The notes under the pieces are model-generated. The model was not told the origin of the DNA, searched no databases, and saw nothing but the letters and a program-made list of their open reading frames with translations. Shown here piece by piece: positions 1-10,387 of a stretch of DNA of 64,000 nucleotides. Position 1 is the first letter of the stretch; the number at the start of each line of letters is the position of its first letter. Source of the stretch: Nitrospirota bacterium (GTDB lineage Bacteria; Nitrospirota; UBA9217); assembly GCA_963663225.1 (NCBI GenBank), contig OY760142.1, positions 2,848,001-2,912,000 of the forward strand. Direction: 5' to 3'. Position numbers and translations under genes: made by a program.

Positions 1-44
1 TAAAATACAATTGCCGCAAACTGCTCGACAAAAAGCATCGATTG

Positions 45-929
45 CTAATATTTTTTACATTGCAGCGCCCGTTCTATTCTTTTGATAGCATCGTAGCCTT
101 TTTCTTTTTTTCGCAAAGCGACATACACGTACAGCGTATCGATTATGCTCAATTGAGCGATTCGCGAGGCAAGAGCCAATATTCGATACCTCGTTTCCTG
201 TGAAGCGGTGTATAAATGAATGTCGGAATACTTCAAGACGGGTGATTTGCCGTAGTTGGTAATGCAAATTGTGGTTGCACCGCATTCTTTTGCGATTTGC
301 AATGCCTCTGCAATGTCCTTCGAAGAACCGGAATGTGAAATGCCGATAGCTACATCTTCCGGAGTAAGGTGGGATGCTACGATAACCTGCATATGATTAT
401 CACAATAGGCCGCGCACTCAACGCCAGTCCGTAAAAACTTATGCTGAGCATCCATAGCTACAGGAGCCGAATTGCCAAGCCCAAAGACTACGATCTTCCT
501 CGCGCGGAGGATGGCTTCCGCTGCTTTTTCTACCTCAGCAACATCCAAAACATCTCTGGTATGAGAGAGTGTTTGGATAACACTTTGGAATATCTTGCTC
601 AATACTTCGGGGATTTTATCACTTTCAGTTATTTCTTCATGAATGCTTTGCAGAGGCGAGATCATCTCTTGCGCAAAAGCAATTTTTAAATCTTGATAGC
701 CCTTAAATCCCAGTTTTCTTGCAAAACGAACCACGGTCGCTTCGCTGACGTCGGCTTTCTCAGCTAGTTCCGTAATTGTCAGATGTACAATTTCCTGGGA
801 ATTTTCTTTCAAGAGATTGGCAATCCTCTTTTCTGCCGTGCCTAAAATACTATAAACGGATTGAATTCGCAGAGAAGTGCTTGAAATAGTGTCCACAGCA
901 TTGGTAATTGGAATGACTTTCCTTCTCAT
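45..929 (-). CDS. RpiR/MurR-family transcriptional regulator (HTH + SIS)
   Basis: N-terminal HTH 'TITELAEKADVSEATVVRFARKLGFKGYQDLK' and SIS domain 'FGLGNS...ISHSGSS'. Confidence 0.95.
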   Translation of the reverse strand: MRRKVIPITNAVDTISSTSLRIQSVYSILGTAEKRIANLLKENSQEIVHLTITELAEKADVSEATVVRFARKLGFKGYQDLKIAFAQEMISPLQSIHEEITESDKIPEVLSKIFQSVIQTLSHTRDVLDVAEVEKAAEAILRARKIVVFGLGNSAPVAMDAQHKFLRTGVECAAYCDNHMQVIVASHLTPEDVAIGISHSGSSKDIAEALQIAKECGATTICITNYGKSPVLKYSDIHLYTASQETRYRILALASRIAQLSIIDTLYVYVALRKKEKGYDAIKRIERALQCKKY

Positions 930-976
930 AAGATCACCAGCCTTATTTTTTTATCGCGAGACGAGATGCAAGTTAA

Positions 977-1045
977 TGAAAATTATTTTCACTTTTTATT
1001 AATATTTAATGAAAATATCCTACATAATAGTACAAACAATGTCAA
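977..1045 (-). promoter_or_regulatory. Sigma70-like promoter and probable autoregulatory operators of the rpiR-family gene
   Basis: Minus strand TTGACA-17nt-TAGGAT (1045-1017). Perfect 7-1-7 palindrome TGAAAAT-T-ATTTTCA at 977-991; degenerate copy at 1010-1024 overlapping the -10. Confidence 0.5.
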
Positions 1046-1342
1046 GCATTAATAAAATGCCTAAAGACAGGAATTGCCTCTTAGGCCTAGACGCTCTGAT
1101 CAGTTGTTTTATTGTTATTTGTTTTTCATTTCTGTCAACATTGGTTACTCTATTTTCTGCCTTTTATATCAAAAAAAAATCGGAATTCTGCCACCATCCT
1201 TACGGGCATGTGAAAAACAAAAAAATCGTATTTATTCAATACGATTTTAGTGTTTTAGATCGGTTGTGGGTTTGAAATTTCTGACTTAGGAGTTAAAACA
1301 CGCGACTTGTTTCAGATCAAGAATAACGTCCGCCTTTTTGAC

Positions 1343-4300
1343 TCATCTGATGTCCTGGTGATATGCCTGGATTGATTTTACATCTCCAATCCCCTTTTTT
1401 TCGATATGCTCCCTGATGCCTTCAGCCGCTGCTTTAAAGGCAGCGGTTGTGGTGATATATGGTATTTTATACTTAATCGCCGTTTTTCTTATATAGGAAT
1501 CATCATACATGCCGCCTTTTCCGACCGGCGTATTCACTACAAGATGTATTTCCTTGTTATGCAGGGCGTCAAGAATATTAGGACGACCTTCGTACACTTT
1601 TTTGATATGTGTCGAAGGAACGCCGTTTTGCACGAGAAACGTATGGGTGTTCCCGGTCGCCAGAATCTTGAAACCGCACGTATGCAGCGTTTGCGCCGCC
1701 CCGAGTATGTCATTTTTATCCCGGTCGTTAACCGTTATGAGCACGCTTCCTTCGAGAGGAAGTTTTTGCCCTGCCGCTTCCTGGGACTTGAAGAACGCAA
1801 GCCCGAACGAATCGGCAATTCCGAGAACTTCGCCGGTGGATTTCATTTCCGGCCCCAGAGTCGGGTCAACTTCGGGAAACATATTAAATGGGAATACAGA
1901 TTCTTTTATACCCACATGAGTATACGTTTTAGTGCTCAGCGCCATCTGGCTGAGCTTTTTGCCGAGCATAAGCTGAGTGGCGATGCGTGCCATCTGTACT
2001 CCGGTCACTTTAGATACAAGAGGAACGGTTCTGCTGGCTCGGGGGTTCGCTTCGAGAATATATACGACGTCCTTCGCTATCGCATACTGAATATTCATAA
2101 GCCCCACGACCTTCAATTCTATGGCGAGTGATCTGGTGTATTTCTGAATAGTTCTGATATGCTTTTCAGAAAGCGTGCGGGGAGGGATTACGCAGGCGCT
2201 GTCTCCGGAATGAATCCCGGCCAGCTCGATATGCTCCATAATGGACGGTACAAATGCGTCCTCACCGTCCGCGATCGCGTCCGCCTCAGCTTCTATTGCG
2301 TCTTCGAGAAACTTGTCGATCAGAACCGGCCGGCCGGGCGAAATATCAATGGCGGCATTTATGTATGCCGTAAGCATGGCATCGTCATACACAACCTCCA
2401 TGCCTCTCCCGCCCAGAACGTACGACGGCCGCACCATGAGCGGGTAGCCGATCCGTCGGGCCGCTGTAAGCGCTTCCTCAAGCGTAACTGCGGTATCACT
2501 TTCCGGTTGCGGTATCCCGAGTTTCTGGACAACGTTTTTGAAGCGTTTTCTGTCTTCCGCTAGGTCGATACTTTCAGTGGACGTGCCGAGTATCTTTACC
2601 CCGGCCTCTTCAAGTTCTTTGGCGATATTAAGCGGCGTCTGACCGCCGAACTGGACAATGACGCCGGTCGGCTTTTCATGTTGGTAAATACTCAGGACAT
2701 CTTCCACGGTAAGCGGCTCAAAATAGAGCTTGTTGGACGTGTCATAATCGGTGGAGACTGTTTCCGGATTGCAGTTGACCATGATCGACTCAAAGCCCTC
2801 ATCCCGCAATGCAAAAGCGGCATGGACACAGGTATAGTCGAACTCGATCCCCTGCCCGATTCTGTTCGGTCCTCCTCCTAGAATCATCACCTTGGGCTTG
2901 TCGCTGACCTTTACTTCGTTCGGTGCGTTATACGTTGAGTAGTAATACGCCGCGTCCGCGCCGCTGACCGGCACTGCACACCATGCTTCGGTTTTCCCGA
3001 GTGAAATTCTTCGGTCTCTTATATTCTTTTCAGAAACATCGAGTATTTGCGCAAGGTATCTGTCCGAGAAGCCGTCCTCTTTTGCCCTGATGAGAAGATT
3101 ATCCGGAAGCGTTTTCCCCTTATACCTCAAAATTTGATCTTCAAGCCCCACCAATTCTTTCATCTGGTTGAGGAACCAGTGTTTGATTTTTGTTTTTTGA
3201 AACAAGTCATCAACAGACGCGCCTTTTCGCAGCGCCTCATACAAAATGAACTGCCGCTCTGAAGACGGTTCTTTGAGCAAAGCCATAAGTTCATTCAGGG
3301 AGAGCTGGTTGAAGTTTTTAGCGAAACCCAGGCCATAGCGCTTGTTTTCCAGGGATCGGATCGCCTTTTGAAATGCTTCCTTGTAGGTTTTGCCGATGCT
3401 CATGACTTCTCCCACGGCCTTCATCTGCGTTCCAAGCTTGTCCTCCGCTTCCTTGAATTTTTCAAATGCCCATCGCGCGAACTTAATGACGACATAATCC
3501 CCTGAAGGAGTGTATTTATCGAGCGTGCCGCTTCGATAATAGGGAATGTCCTTCAAGGTGCTGCCGCCGGCGAGTTTGGCGGAGATAAGTGCTATGGGGA
3601 ACCCTGTTGCCTTGGAAGCGAGTGCGGACGAACGCGATGTCCTTGGATTTATTTCGATGACGACAATTCGGCCGTCAGCCGGATTGTGTGCGAACTGAAT
3701 GTTTGTACCGCCGATGACTTGTATTGCTTCGACAATCCTATACGAGTATTCTTGCAGCTTCTTTTGCAGGTTTTCTGAAATGGTGAGCATGGGGGCAGCG
3801 CAGAATGAATCGCCGGTGTGGACACCCATGGGGTCGATGTTTTCGATAAAACAGACCGTAATCATGATATTGTCCGCGTCCCGCACCACCTCGAGTTCCA
3901 GTTCCTCCCATCCGATCACCGATTCCTCGATCAGCACCTGGCCGATAAGGCTGGCGGAAATACCCCTGCTTACAATCGTGTTGAGTTCCTCCTTGTTGTA
4001 CGCGATGCCGCCGCCGGTTCCACCCATCGTATATGCAGGTCTGATAATAACAGGAAATCCAAGCCGTTCAGCAATCTGAAGCGCTTCCTCATAGGAATAG
4101 GCGAGAGCACTTTCGGGCATGGGAATGCCGAGTTTATTCATCGTTTTTTTGAATTCATTTCTATCCTCGCCACGCTCAATGGCGTCCGCCTGAACACCGA
4201 TGATGCGCACGCCGTATTTTTCGAGAATACCCCGTTTCGAGAGTTCTGCGGAAAGATTCAATCCGGTCTGTCCGCCGAGATTTGACAGCAGTCCTTCCGG

Positions 4301-4555
4301 CCGTTCTTTTTTTATTATCTTTTCGAGCACTTCAATCGTAAGCGGTTCCACATACGTCGCGTCCGCCATGCCGGGGTCGGTCATGATGGTTGCGGGATTG
4401 GAATTGACCAGAACAATCTTATACCCGGCAGCCCGAAGCGCTTTGCAGGCCTGGGTTCCGGAATAATCAAATTCACACGCCTGACCAATAATAATGGGGC
4501 CCGAACCGATAATGAGAACTTTATTGATGCCGTCAATTTTTTCCAATGGTTTCAT
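1343..4555 (-). CDS. carB: Carbamoyl-phosphate synthase large subunit
   Basis: 'GSGPIIIGQACEFDYSGTQACKAL', second ATP-grasp 'GGGPNRIGQGIEFDY', C-terminal MGS domain; 1070 aa. Confidence 0.98.
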   Translation of the reverse strand: MKPLEKIDGINKVLIIGSGPIIIGQACEFDYSGTQACKALRAAGYKIVLVNSNPATIMTDPGMADATYVEPLTIEVLEKIIKKERPEGLLSNLGGQTGLNLSAELSKRGILEKYGVRIIGVQADAIERGEDRNEFKKTMNKLGIPMPESALAYSYEEALQIAERLGFPVIIRPAYTMGGTGGGIAYNKEELNTIVSRGISASLIGQVLIEESVIGWEELELEVVRDADNIMITVCFIENIDPMGVHTGDSFCAAPMLTISENLQKKLQEYSYRIVEAIQVIGGTNIQFAHNPADGRIVVIEINPRTSRSSALASKATGFPIALISAKLAGGSTLKDIPYYRSGTLDKYTPSGDYVVIKFARWAFEKFKEAEDKLGTQMKAVGEVMSIGKTYKEAFQKAIRSLENKRYGLGFAKNFNQLSLNELMALLKEPSSERQFILYEALRKGASVDDLFQKTKIKHWFLNQMKELVGLEDQILRYKGKTLPDNLLIRAKEDGFSDRYLAQILDVSEKNIRDRRISLGKTEAWCAVPVSGADAAYYYSTYNAPNEVKVSDKPKVMILGGGPNRIGQGIEFDYTCVHAAFALRDEGFESIMVNCNPETVSTDYDTSNKLYFEPLTVEDVLSIYQHEKPTGVIVQFGGQTPLNIAKELEEAGVKILGTSTESIDLAEDRKRFKNVVQKLGIPQPESDTAVTLEEALTAARRIGYPLMVRPSYVLGGRGMEVVYDDAMLTAYINAAIDISPGRPVLIDKFLEDAIEAEADAIADGEDAFVPSIMEHIELAGIHSGDSACVIPPRTLSEKHIRTIQKYTRSLAIELKVVGLMNIQYAIAKDVVYILEANPRASRTVPLVSKVTGVQMARIATQLMLGKKLSQMALSTKTYTHVGIKESVFPFNMFPEVDPTLGPEMKSTGEVLGIADSFGLAFFKSQEAAGQKLPLEGSVLITVNDRDKNDILGAAQTLHTCGFKILATGNTHTFLVQNGVPSTHIKKVYEGRPNILDALHNKEIHLVVNTPVGKGGMYDDSYIRKTAIKYKIPYITTTAAFKAAAEGIREHIEKKGIGDVKSIQAYHQDIR

Positions 4556-4877
4556 AAGGAGGGGTTCCTATCAAGTGGGATTTTGTAAGTGATACTAATT
4601 AAATATATGATCAGAGTCAAGTAAAACTTAATTCAATCTTAATTATGCAAACTCAAACTTTTCGGTTTTATATGTGAGAACACTAGGGATGCCGTCAATT
4701 GCTGGTAATTTTTATATTGTTTTGTCGGATTCAACTTTAAAAAACAGAAATATGCCTATGGAATTGCTATACTGAAAAAAATTTTACGATGGTATTTGAT
4801 GCAATTTTGATGGAATGTTTGTCAGAAAATTGCCGATCAGCATCTGGTACATTGCTTTGATGACAGGTATGTTGTTA

Positions 4878-5300
4878 TTAAGAAACTTCTCGTTTTTTAG
4901 TCAAAATATCTGATATTTCTTGTTCCGTGTAGAGTCTGCCTTTGCCCACACCAGGGCAATACGGTGAAACTTCCTTCTCCCAGGTGGTTGTGTTCATATT
5001 TTCATTCCAGAACGGCCAGGTTCGGCACTGCCAGGGGCGGGCTTCATATACGGAACAACGGTTGCTTTCGAAAAAGGGACAGTCCTTGCCAGTATATTTC
5101 AACTCATACATACCATCGGTTTTTCTGGTGTATCGTTCGGTAAATTCTGTGGTGGAGATATTGAAGTGGACGGCAAGGCGTTTCCGGTCCCCGAAAGACA
5201 GATACACGTAACCGTATTTCCCGCGTGTTACGCAGCATTTTCCGTCTCCCTGGCATTCAAATCTGATGCCGTCCTTGTAAAAACGACGTCCCCTGCTCAC
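4878..5300 (-). CDS. YkgJ/FliB-like CxxCxxCC Fe-S/Zn cluster protein
   Basis: 'FECQGDGKCC', 'CPFF...CSVYEARPWQCRTWPFW', 'CPG'. Confidence 0.85.
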   Translation of the reverse strand: MSRGRRFYKDGIRFECQGDGKCCVTRGKYGYVYLSFGDRKRLAVHFNISTTEFTERYTRKTDGMYELKYTGKDCPFFESNRCSVYEARPWQCRTWPFWNENMNTTTWEKEVSPYCPGVGKGRLYTEQEISDILTKKREVS

Positions 5301-5312
5301 GGTAATCGTCTT

Positions 5313-5600
5313 TTACTCCTTTTCGATGGTCGCTGTCAGGGAAAACGATACCAGCTGGTCCCAGTGCAGTTCTGCCTGTTCGAAGGGCTCCACGCTGCAA
5401 AGCGCCATGCCGCTGCGATGCGCCTCCAGCATGATGTTTTCGCATGTGGTCCTGTCGAATTTGAATACCTGCATAAGGACTTTTACCACGTGTTCCATGG
5501 AATTCACATCATCGTTATGGAGGATAACTTTATACAACGGAATGAATGTTGCGTACCGTTCGATAATTGTTCCGGGTTTGGTTTCTGGAGGCATAGTCAT
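5313..5600 (-). CDS. clpS: Clp protease adaptor ClpS
   Basis: 'YKVILHNDDVNSMEHVVKVL', 'MLEAHRSG'. Confidence 0.93.
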   Translation of the reverse strand: MTMPPETKPGTIIERYATFIPLYKVILHNDDVNSMEHVVKVLMQVFKFDRTTCENIMLEAHRSGMALCSVEPFEQAELHWDQLVSFSLTATIEKE

Positions 5601-5742
5601 GTTGGCAAGAGCGTGTTGATTATCCCGTACGATTCAGGTTGTTTTACCGCAGGATGCAAGCAATTTGAAATTATCATAGATGCGCATTATGATAAATTAT
5701 CAAACTGCTGTTATGTCAATACAACACCAAACTTCCTGCGGA

Positions 5743-7257
5743 TTATTGACGATGAATGCCTGCAAGAAGCGTTTTTTCGTGTTTATAAAAAACCTTGCGG
5801 AAGTGATAACCGTAAATTGAAAGCGTAATGGCAAGCGGAAGTAATTTTGGTTTCCGAAGCGTGGACCATATCACCAGTTTCCAGTAATGGAACCGTTCTC
5901 TTCCCACAACACCGAGCTGAATGCTGGATTTTACGATGGCAACGAGGTGGTTCATCCGGAGATCAAATTTAGTCGTCGCCTTCCCCGGTCGATACTCTCT
6001 CAAAAATTGCGTTGTTCTTGCATAGAAGTGTTTTGGAGAGTAAATAGTGCGGAGGATTTTCCGATATCCTTCAATTAGGTGTTCAAGGTTCATTTTGGGG
6101 ATAAAGTTGATTGAGAAGTCGGTATTGTCTCCGGTGGCGGACTTAATGAGCCTCCCTTCCTGCTTGAGGCGATGATACAGTTTGGTTCCGTGAGGAGCAT
6201 TCAGAAGCCCTACCATGGCTGTTACGATTCCGCTTTCCTGGATAAATGCCGTCAATCGATCAAATATCGCAGCCGGGTCCTTGTCGAACCCTACGATGAA
6301 ACCGGCCTGGACTTCAAGGCCGGCTTTCTGGATCTTTTTTACGCTTGCGATCAGATCACGGTTCCGGTTCTGGAGCTTGCTGCATTCGGCAAGGCTTTCT
6401 TCGTTTGGGGACTCAATGCCAATGAAAACCTGGTTGAACTGGGCCTTGACCATGAGCTCCATAAGCTCCTCATCGTCGGCAAGATTAATGGAAACTTCGG
6501 TATACAGGGAGAATGGATACTTTCTTTTTTCCATCCACGCTATGATCGCAGGCAGAATCTCCCGCTTCAGCTTCCCTTTGTTTCCGATAAAATTATCATC
6601 AACGATAAAGACACTGCTTCTCCAGCCATGCGTGTAAAGAGATTCAAGTTCGGCAATCAACTGGGCGCTGTCCTTGGTCCGGGGCGTTCGTCCGTACAAC
6701 ACCGTGATATTGCAAAAATCGCAGTCAAAAGGACAGCCGCGGGAATATTGAATATTCATGGACGCGTATTTTTTCATTTTTACAAGATCAAATCGCGGCA
6801 ACGGCGTGGTGTGCATATCGGACCATTGTGGAGATGTGTATATATGCTTTGGATTCCCGTTTCTCAGATCTTCCAGAAACAGCGGGAGTGTAATCTCCGC
6901 TTCGTTCAGAACCAGATGATCCACATTTTCGAACTCTTCCGGGCAGGAAGTGAACATCGGACCGCCTGCTATTATTTTGACCCCTAAAGCCTTGCACCGG
7001 GCAATAACCGACAGAGTGGATTCCTTCTGAATGGACATAGCGCTCAGAAAGACATAATCCGCCCACTGCAGATCTGCGTCAGAAAGGCGCTCCACGTTCA
7101 TGTCGACGAGGCGCAGTTGCCAATTGGCGGGAAGCATTGCGGCAACGGTTATCAGTCCGAGCGGTGGAAGACTTGCTTTTTTCGAAATAAACTTAAGGGC
7201 GTATTGAAAGCTCCAGAATGTGGTCGGATTTTTTGGATATACCAATAATATCTTCAC
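5743..7257 (-). CDS. Cobalamin-binding radical SAM protein (C-terminal DUF4070-like)
   Basis: N-terminal B12-binding domain 'LPPLGLITVAAML'; CxxxCxxC 'RGCPFDCDFC'. Start moved to GTG 7257, which has an AAGGAG SD. Confidence 0.9.
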   Translation of the reverse strand: MKILLVYPKNPTTFWSFQYALKFISKKASLPPLGLITVAAMLPANWQLRLVDMNVERLSDADLQWADYVFLSAMSIQKESTLSVIARCKALGVKIIAGGPMFTSCPEEFENVDHLVLNEAEITLPLFLEDLRNGNPKHIYTSPQWSDMHTTPLPRFDLVKMKKYASMNIQYSRGCPFDCDFCNITVLYGRTPRTKDSAQLIAELESLYTHGWRSSVFIVDDNFIGNKGKLKREILPAIIAWMEKRKYPFSLYTEVSINLADDEELMELMVKAQFNQVFIGIESPNEESLAECSKLQNRNRDLIASVKKIQKAGLEVQAGFIVGFDKDPAAIFDRLTAFIQESGIVTAMVGLLNAPHGTKLYHRLKQEGRLIKSATGDNTDFSINFIPKMNLEHLIEGYRKILRTIYSPKHFYARTTQFLREYRPGKATTKFDLRMNHLVAIVKSSIQLGVVGRERFHYWKLVIWSTLRKPKLLPLAITLSIYGYHFRKVFYKHEKTLLAGIHRQ

Positions 7258-7365
7258 CGGAATCTCCTTTGCCCGAGCAAAACGGTTCCTTTGCTGGTTC
7301 ATTCTTGTTCGACCAGGACAAAAAACAGCAAATCATAGATTATCCAAGATTTATTCAATATGCAA

Positions 7366-7380
7366 GCAAAATTTTGTCCA
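7366..7380 (-). promoter_or_regulatory. Possible sigma54 -24/-12 promoter
   Basis: Minus strand TGGACAAAATTTTGC keeps GG-N10-GC spacing and TTGC but deviates from TGGCAC. Confidence 0.3.
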
Positions 7381-7640
7381 TGCGGGCAAGTACAAAGACA
7401 AATCGTGCTGTTTGTTGTAACTTTGTTCGTACTCTGGTTCGCTTTGCAGAAATGAGTGGAGTCTCCTCCGGCAGGAAACGGAGGCTCTATCGATAACCGT
7501 GACCTCTCGAGACTTGCTTGTCAGATAGCCGAGAGATCCATAAAGCAGGGATTAATGTCCGTTTTTAATGAATGGCTGTCCTGCATTGGGATGCCATCAT
7601 TGGTAAAAAGATTCCAACTGTTCGACAGCCATTAGAACAA

Positions 7641-8081
7641 TTAGTCTTCCGGTTTTTCCTCCGCAACCGAAACGGAAAACCGCTCGCGAAGTTCTGTACC
7701 AACGCGTGTCAGCTTCCCGGTTTGGACATCGATAGGACACCAGAGGGTGCGAGCGCGTGCCAGCAGGCGCCGGTCGTCAGCGCGTAGTATTTCGGTGAAT
7801 CGCTCAAAGGTGCGGGCAGTGGCTGTACCGACCCAGGTCCTGGCCATAATATCATCGCCCAACCTTGCAGCATGTTTGTAGTCTATTTCGTGCCTGACAA
7901 CGAACCAGGAGACCTCAGCCTGCTGTGCTGCAGTCGCTGCGGTTTTCCAGTGGGCCGTGGCGACATCCTGAATCCATCGTATGTAAACGACATTATTGAC
8001 GTGGCCGTGTTCGTCAATGTCTGCCGCAGAGATAGGAATAGACAGTTCAAAACGTTCTGATGAATGATCTGATGAAGTCAC
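7641..8081 (-). CDS. Acyl-CoA thioesterase (4HBT/hotdog fold)
   Basis: 'DIDEHGHVNNVVYIRW', 'RHEIDY'. Confidence 0.9.
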   Translation of the reverse strand: MTSSDHSSERFELSIPISAADIDEHGHVNNVVYIRWIQDVATAHWKTAATAAQQAEVSWFVVRHEIDYKHAARLGDDIMARTWVGTATARTFERFTEILRADDRRLLARARTLWCPIDVQTGKLTRVGTELRERFSVSVAEEKPED

Positions 8082-8154
8082 TTCGTATAATCCCTCTCCT
8101 TATAAATACGGCAGGATCGTGATCCGCAGAAAGAAACAATCGAAAGGTGCGCCG

Positions 8155-9552
8155 CTACGTGGCAGTGTTTTTCATAGGAATTTTCAGTTTCTGTCCAACA
8201 CGCAAAATTTTCCCTTTGCGCAGATTGTTTATTTCAACAATTCTTTGCAAGCTCGTCCTGTATCGGATTGCAATGGTCGACAAGGTCTCGCCGCGACGCA
8301 CGCGGTGAAATACATATTCCACTTTCGGCGGCGACCATGTGGCGAATGTGGCAAGATTGGCAAGCAGCGCTTCCCCTTTCCCCGGCGGCACCTTGAGAGA
8401 GTAGGACATGTTCGGCGTCGCGCTGTGCCGGAGCTCGGGATTTAAGGCAATGAGGTCTTCCACGTCGATGCTCAGCTTTTCCGCAATGGATTTCAAGTGG
8501 ATGGATTTTTCGACGGTCACAGTTTCATACGGCAGCGGATGGTAGGGTTCTTCCAAAGTAAATCCATACCGCGCTGGATCTTTAATAATGGCCAGGACCG
8601 CAAGGAATCTTGGGAAATAGCGTGCTGTTTCGCGGGGAAGCCGTTCATAGAAGTCCCAGAAATTGTCAAGGTAGTCCATCTTCTGGTTTCTAATCGCCCG
8701 CGCGACCGAACCTTCGCCGCAATTATAAGCCGCCAAGACCGTTGCCCAATCGCCGAACATCTCGTGAAGTTCATTAAAATAAGCGATGGCCGCCTCTGTT
8801 GATTTTGCAGGGTCGAGCCTCTCGTCAATCCAAGCATTTCTCTTCAGGCCAAACTTATATCCGGTTGAGGGAATAAATTGCCAGAGACCAAAGGCCCGTG
8901 CGCGAGAGAGTGCCCTTACTTTGAATCCGCTCTCGATAAGTGGCAACCAGGACAATTCTTCCGGAAATCCGGCCTGCTTCAATGCCTTGACCATTTCACC
9001 CCGGTAGAGGCCTGACCGTTTATACGATTCCAGGAAAAAGCTGCGTTCCTGGGTCTGAAATGAAAGGATTTCACGTTCCACATGATGATTGATGGTCATG
9101 GGAATCGCGTCGTGAGTCCCCTTTACCGTGGTATATCGTGATATATACAGTTCGGCGATTCTCTTGGAAATCAAAAAGCGAAGATCTTCCTTCTGTTGGC
9201 TAAATTTTTGATTGTTGCCGGGGACTTTCAGGAGCAGAGCATAGGACTGATCGAGGGCCTCGATGGCCTGGTCCCTGTCCCCGTCTTCCCAGTATTCCTG
9301 CGCCGTTTCTGTAAGCTCCAAGGCAGTGTCCAGTATTGCCTGGTCTTCGTCTCCGTTTTCCTTTTTTGCATCGGCCGCCGGTTCCTGAGAACCGGACGCC
9401 GCTGCCTCGACCGTTTCTTTTGTCTGGGTCGGAAGTTCCGTGCGCACTTCGTTCTTCGGGTCAAGCACAGGTCGGGTCAAATACGAGCACCCATTTATAA
9501 AAAAGAGCAATAAGAAATAAAAAAAAGTCCGGGGGAGAAATGTGATTTTCAT
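8155..9552 (-). CDS. mltD: MltD-like lytic transglycosylase lipoprotein with LysM domains
   Basis: Lipobox 'INGC'; SLT motifs 'LPLIESGF', 'GLWQFIPSTG', 'AAYNCGEG'; LysM 'HRVRRGETLSTIA'. Confidence 0.88.
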   Translation of the reverse strand: MKITFLPRTFFYFLLLFFINGCSYLTRPVLDPKNEVRTELPTQTKETVEAAASGSQEPAADAKKENGDEDQAILDTALELTETAQEYWEDGDRDQAIEALDQSYALLLKVPGNNQKFSQQKEDLRFLISKRIAELYISRYTTVKGTHDAIPMTINHHVEREILSFQTQERSFFLESYKRSGLYRGEMVKALKQAGFPEELSWLPLIESGFKVRALSRARAFGLWQFIPSTGYKFGLKRNAWIDERLDPAKSTEAAIAYFNELHEMFGDWATVLAAYNCGEGSVARAIRNQKMDYLDNFWDFYERLPRETARYFPRFLAVLAIIKDPARYGFTLEEPYHPLPYETVTVEKSIHLKSIAEKLSIDVEDLIALNPELRHSATPNMSYSLKVPPGKGEALLANLATFATWSPPKVEYVFHRVRRGETLSTIAIRYRTSLQRIVEINNLRKGKILRVGQKLKIPMKNTAT

Positions 9553-9744
9553 AAGTAACGCGATGATAAACTAAAGAAGACAAAAATGCAACCCAAAAAC
9601 CAGAACTTATTTACCCATCGCCCATCAAAGCATCACAGCGCATATCTTAATTGACAGGGAGAGACACGACATATTATAGTATGACTACAATCTGCTATTG
9701 CCCGTTGACCCGAAACTCTTTATGCCCCTTTTGACTGACCGTAC

Positions 9745-10344
9745 ATGAACCATTTCATTCTGAGTATTTTTTTTCGGACTGTTCTTATTGTCGCTGTCGT
9801 AACGCTGCAAGCGTGCTCTGTGTCGCATCCGCGCAATACCGGTCATCAGACGACCGAACCGGGCAAACCATTAGTTCGTGCTGCCGGTCTGGAACAGAAT
9901 ATACACGCCCTTATCAATAACGAACGGAAAAAAAATGGCCTGCCACCGTTGGATTGGAATCCGGCGTTGACCGACGCCGCGAGAAAGCATAGTCGTGATA
10001 TGGCTCTGCGAAACTACTTTGCCCACACCTCTCCGGAGGGGCACGATTTTTTATACCGGTATAAGCAAGCGGGGTATACGTGCGCGATCAAAACAGGCAG
10101 AACCATATACCGTGGAGCTGAAAACATAGCATTGAACAACCTGTACGATTCGGTCACCATGGTAAATGGACGAGCATTCTATGATTGGAATTCGGAGCAA
10201 CGGATCGCTGAAACGACAGTCAAGGGTTGGATGGAAAGTCCAGGTCACAGGCAGAATATTCTTACACCGTACTTCCTCTCTGAAGGCATCGGTGTGGTTA
10301 TTGCTCCGGATGACAGGATATACATAACGCAGAACTTTTGCTGA
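9745..10344 (+). CDS. CAP/SCP-domain lipoprotein
   Basis: 'INNER...GLPPL', 'HSRDMA..NYFAH', 'AENIA', 'WMESPGHRQNIL'. Confidence 0.9.
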   Translation: MNHFILSIFFRTVLIVAVVTLQACSVSHPRNTGHQTTEPGKPLVRAAGLEQNIHALINNERKKNGLPPLDWNPALTDAARKHSRDMALRNYFAHTSPEGHDFLYRYKQAGYTCAIKTGRTIYRGAENIALNNLYDSVTMVNGRAFYDWNSEQRIAETTVKGWMESPGHRQNILTPYFLSEGIGVVIAPDDRIYITQNFC

Positions 10345-10387
10345 ATCCGTTTTAGGAGTCTCTCAGAAACCAATTCTCCCTCTCGTA

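Noticed and set aside
1009-1275. 88-aa hydrophobic ORF
   Set aside because: Overlaps the predicted rpiR promoter; hydrophobicity follows from T-rich DNA; no SD
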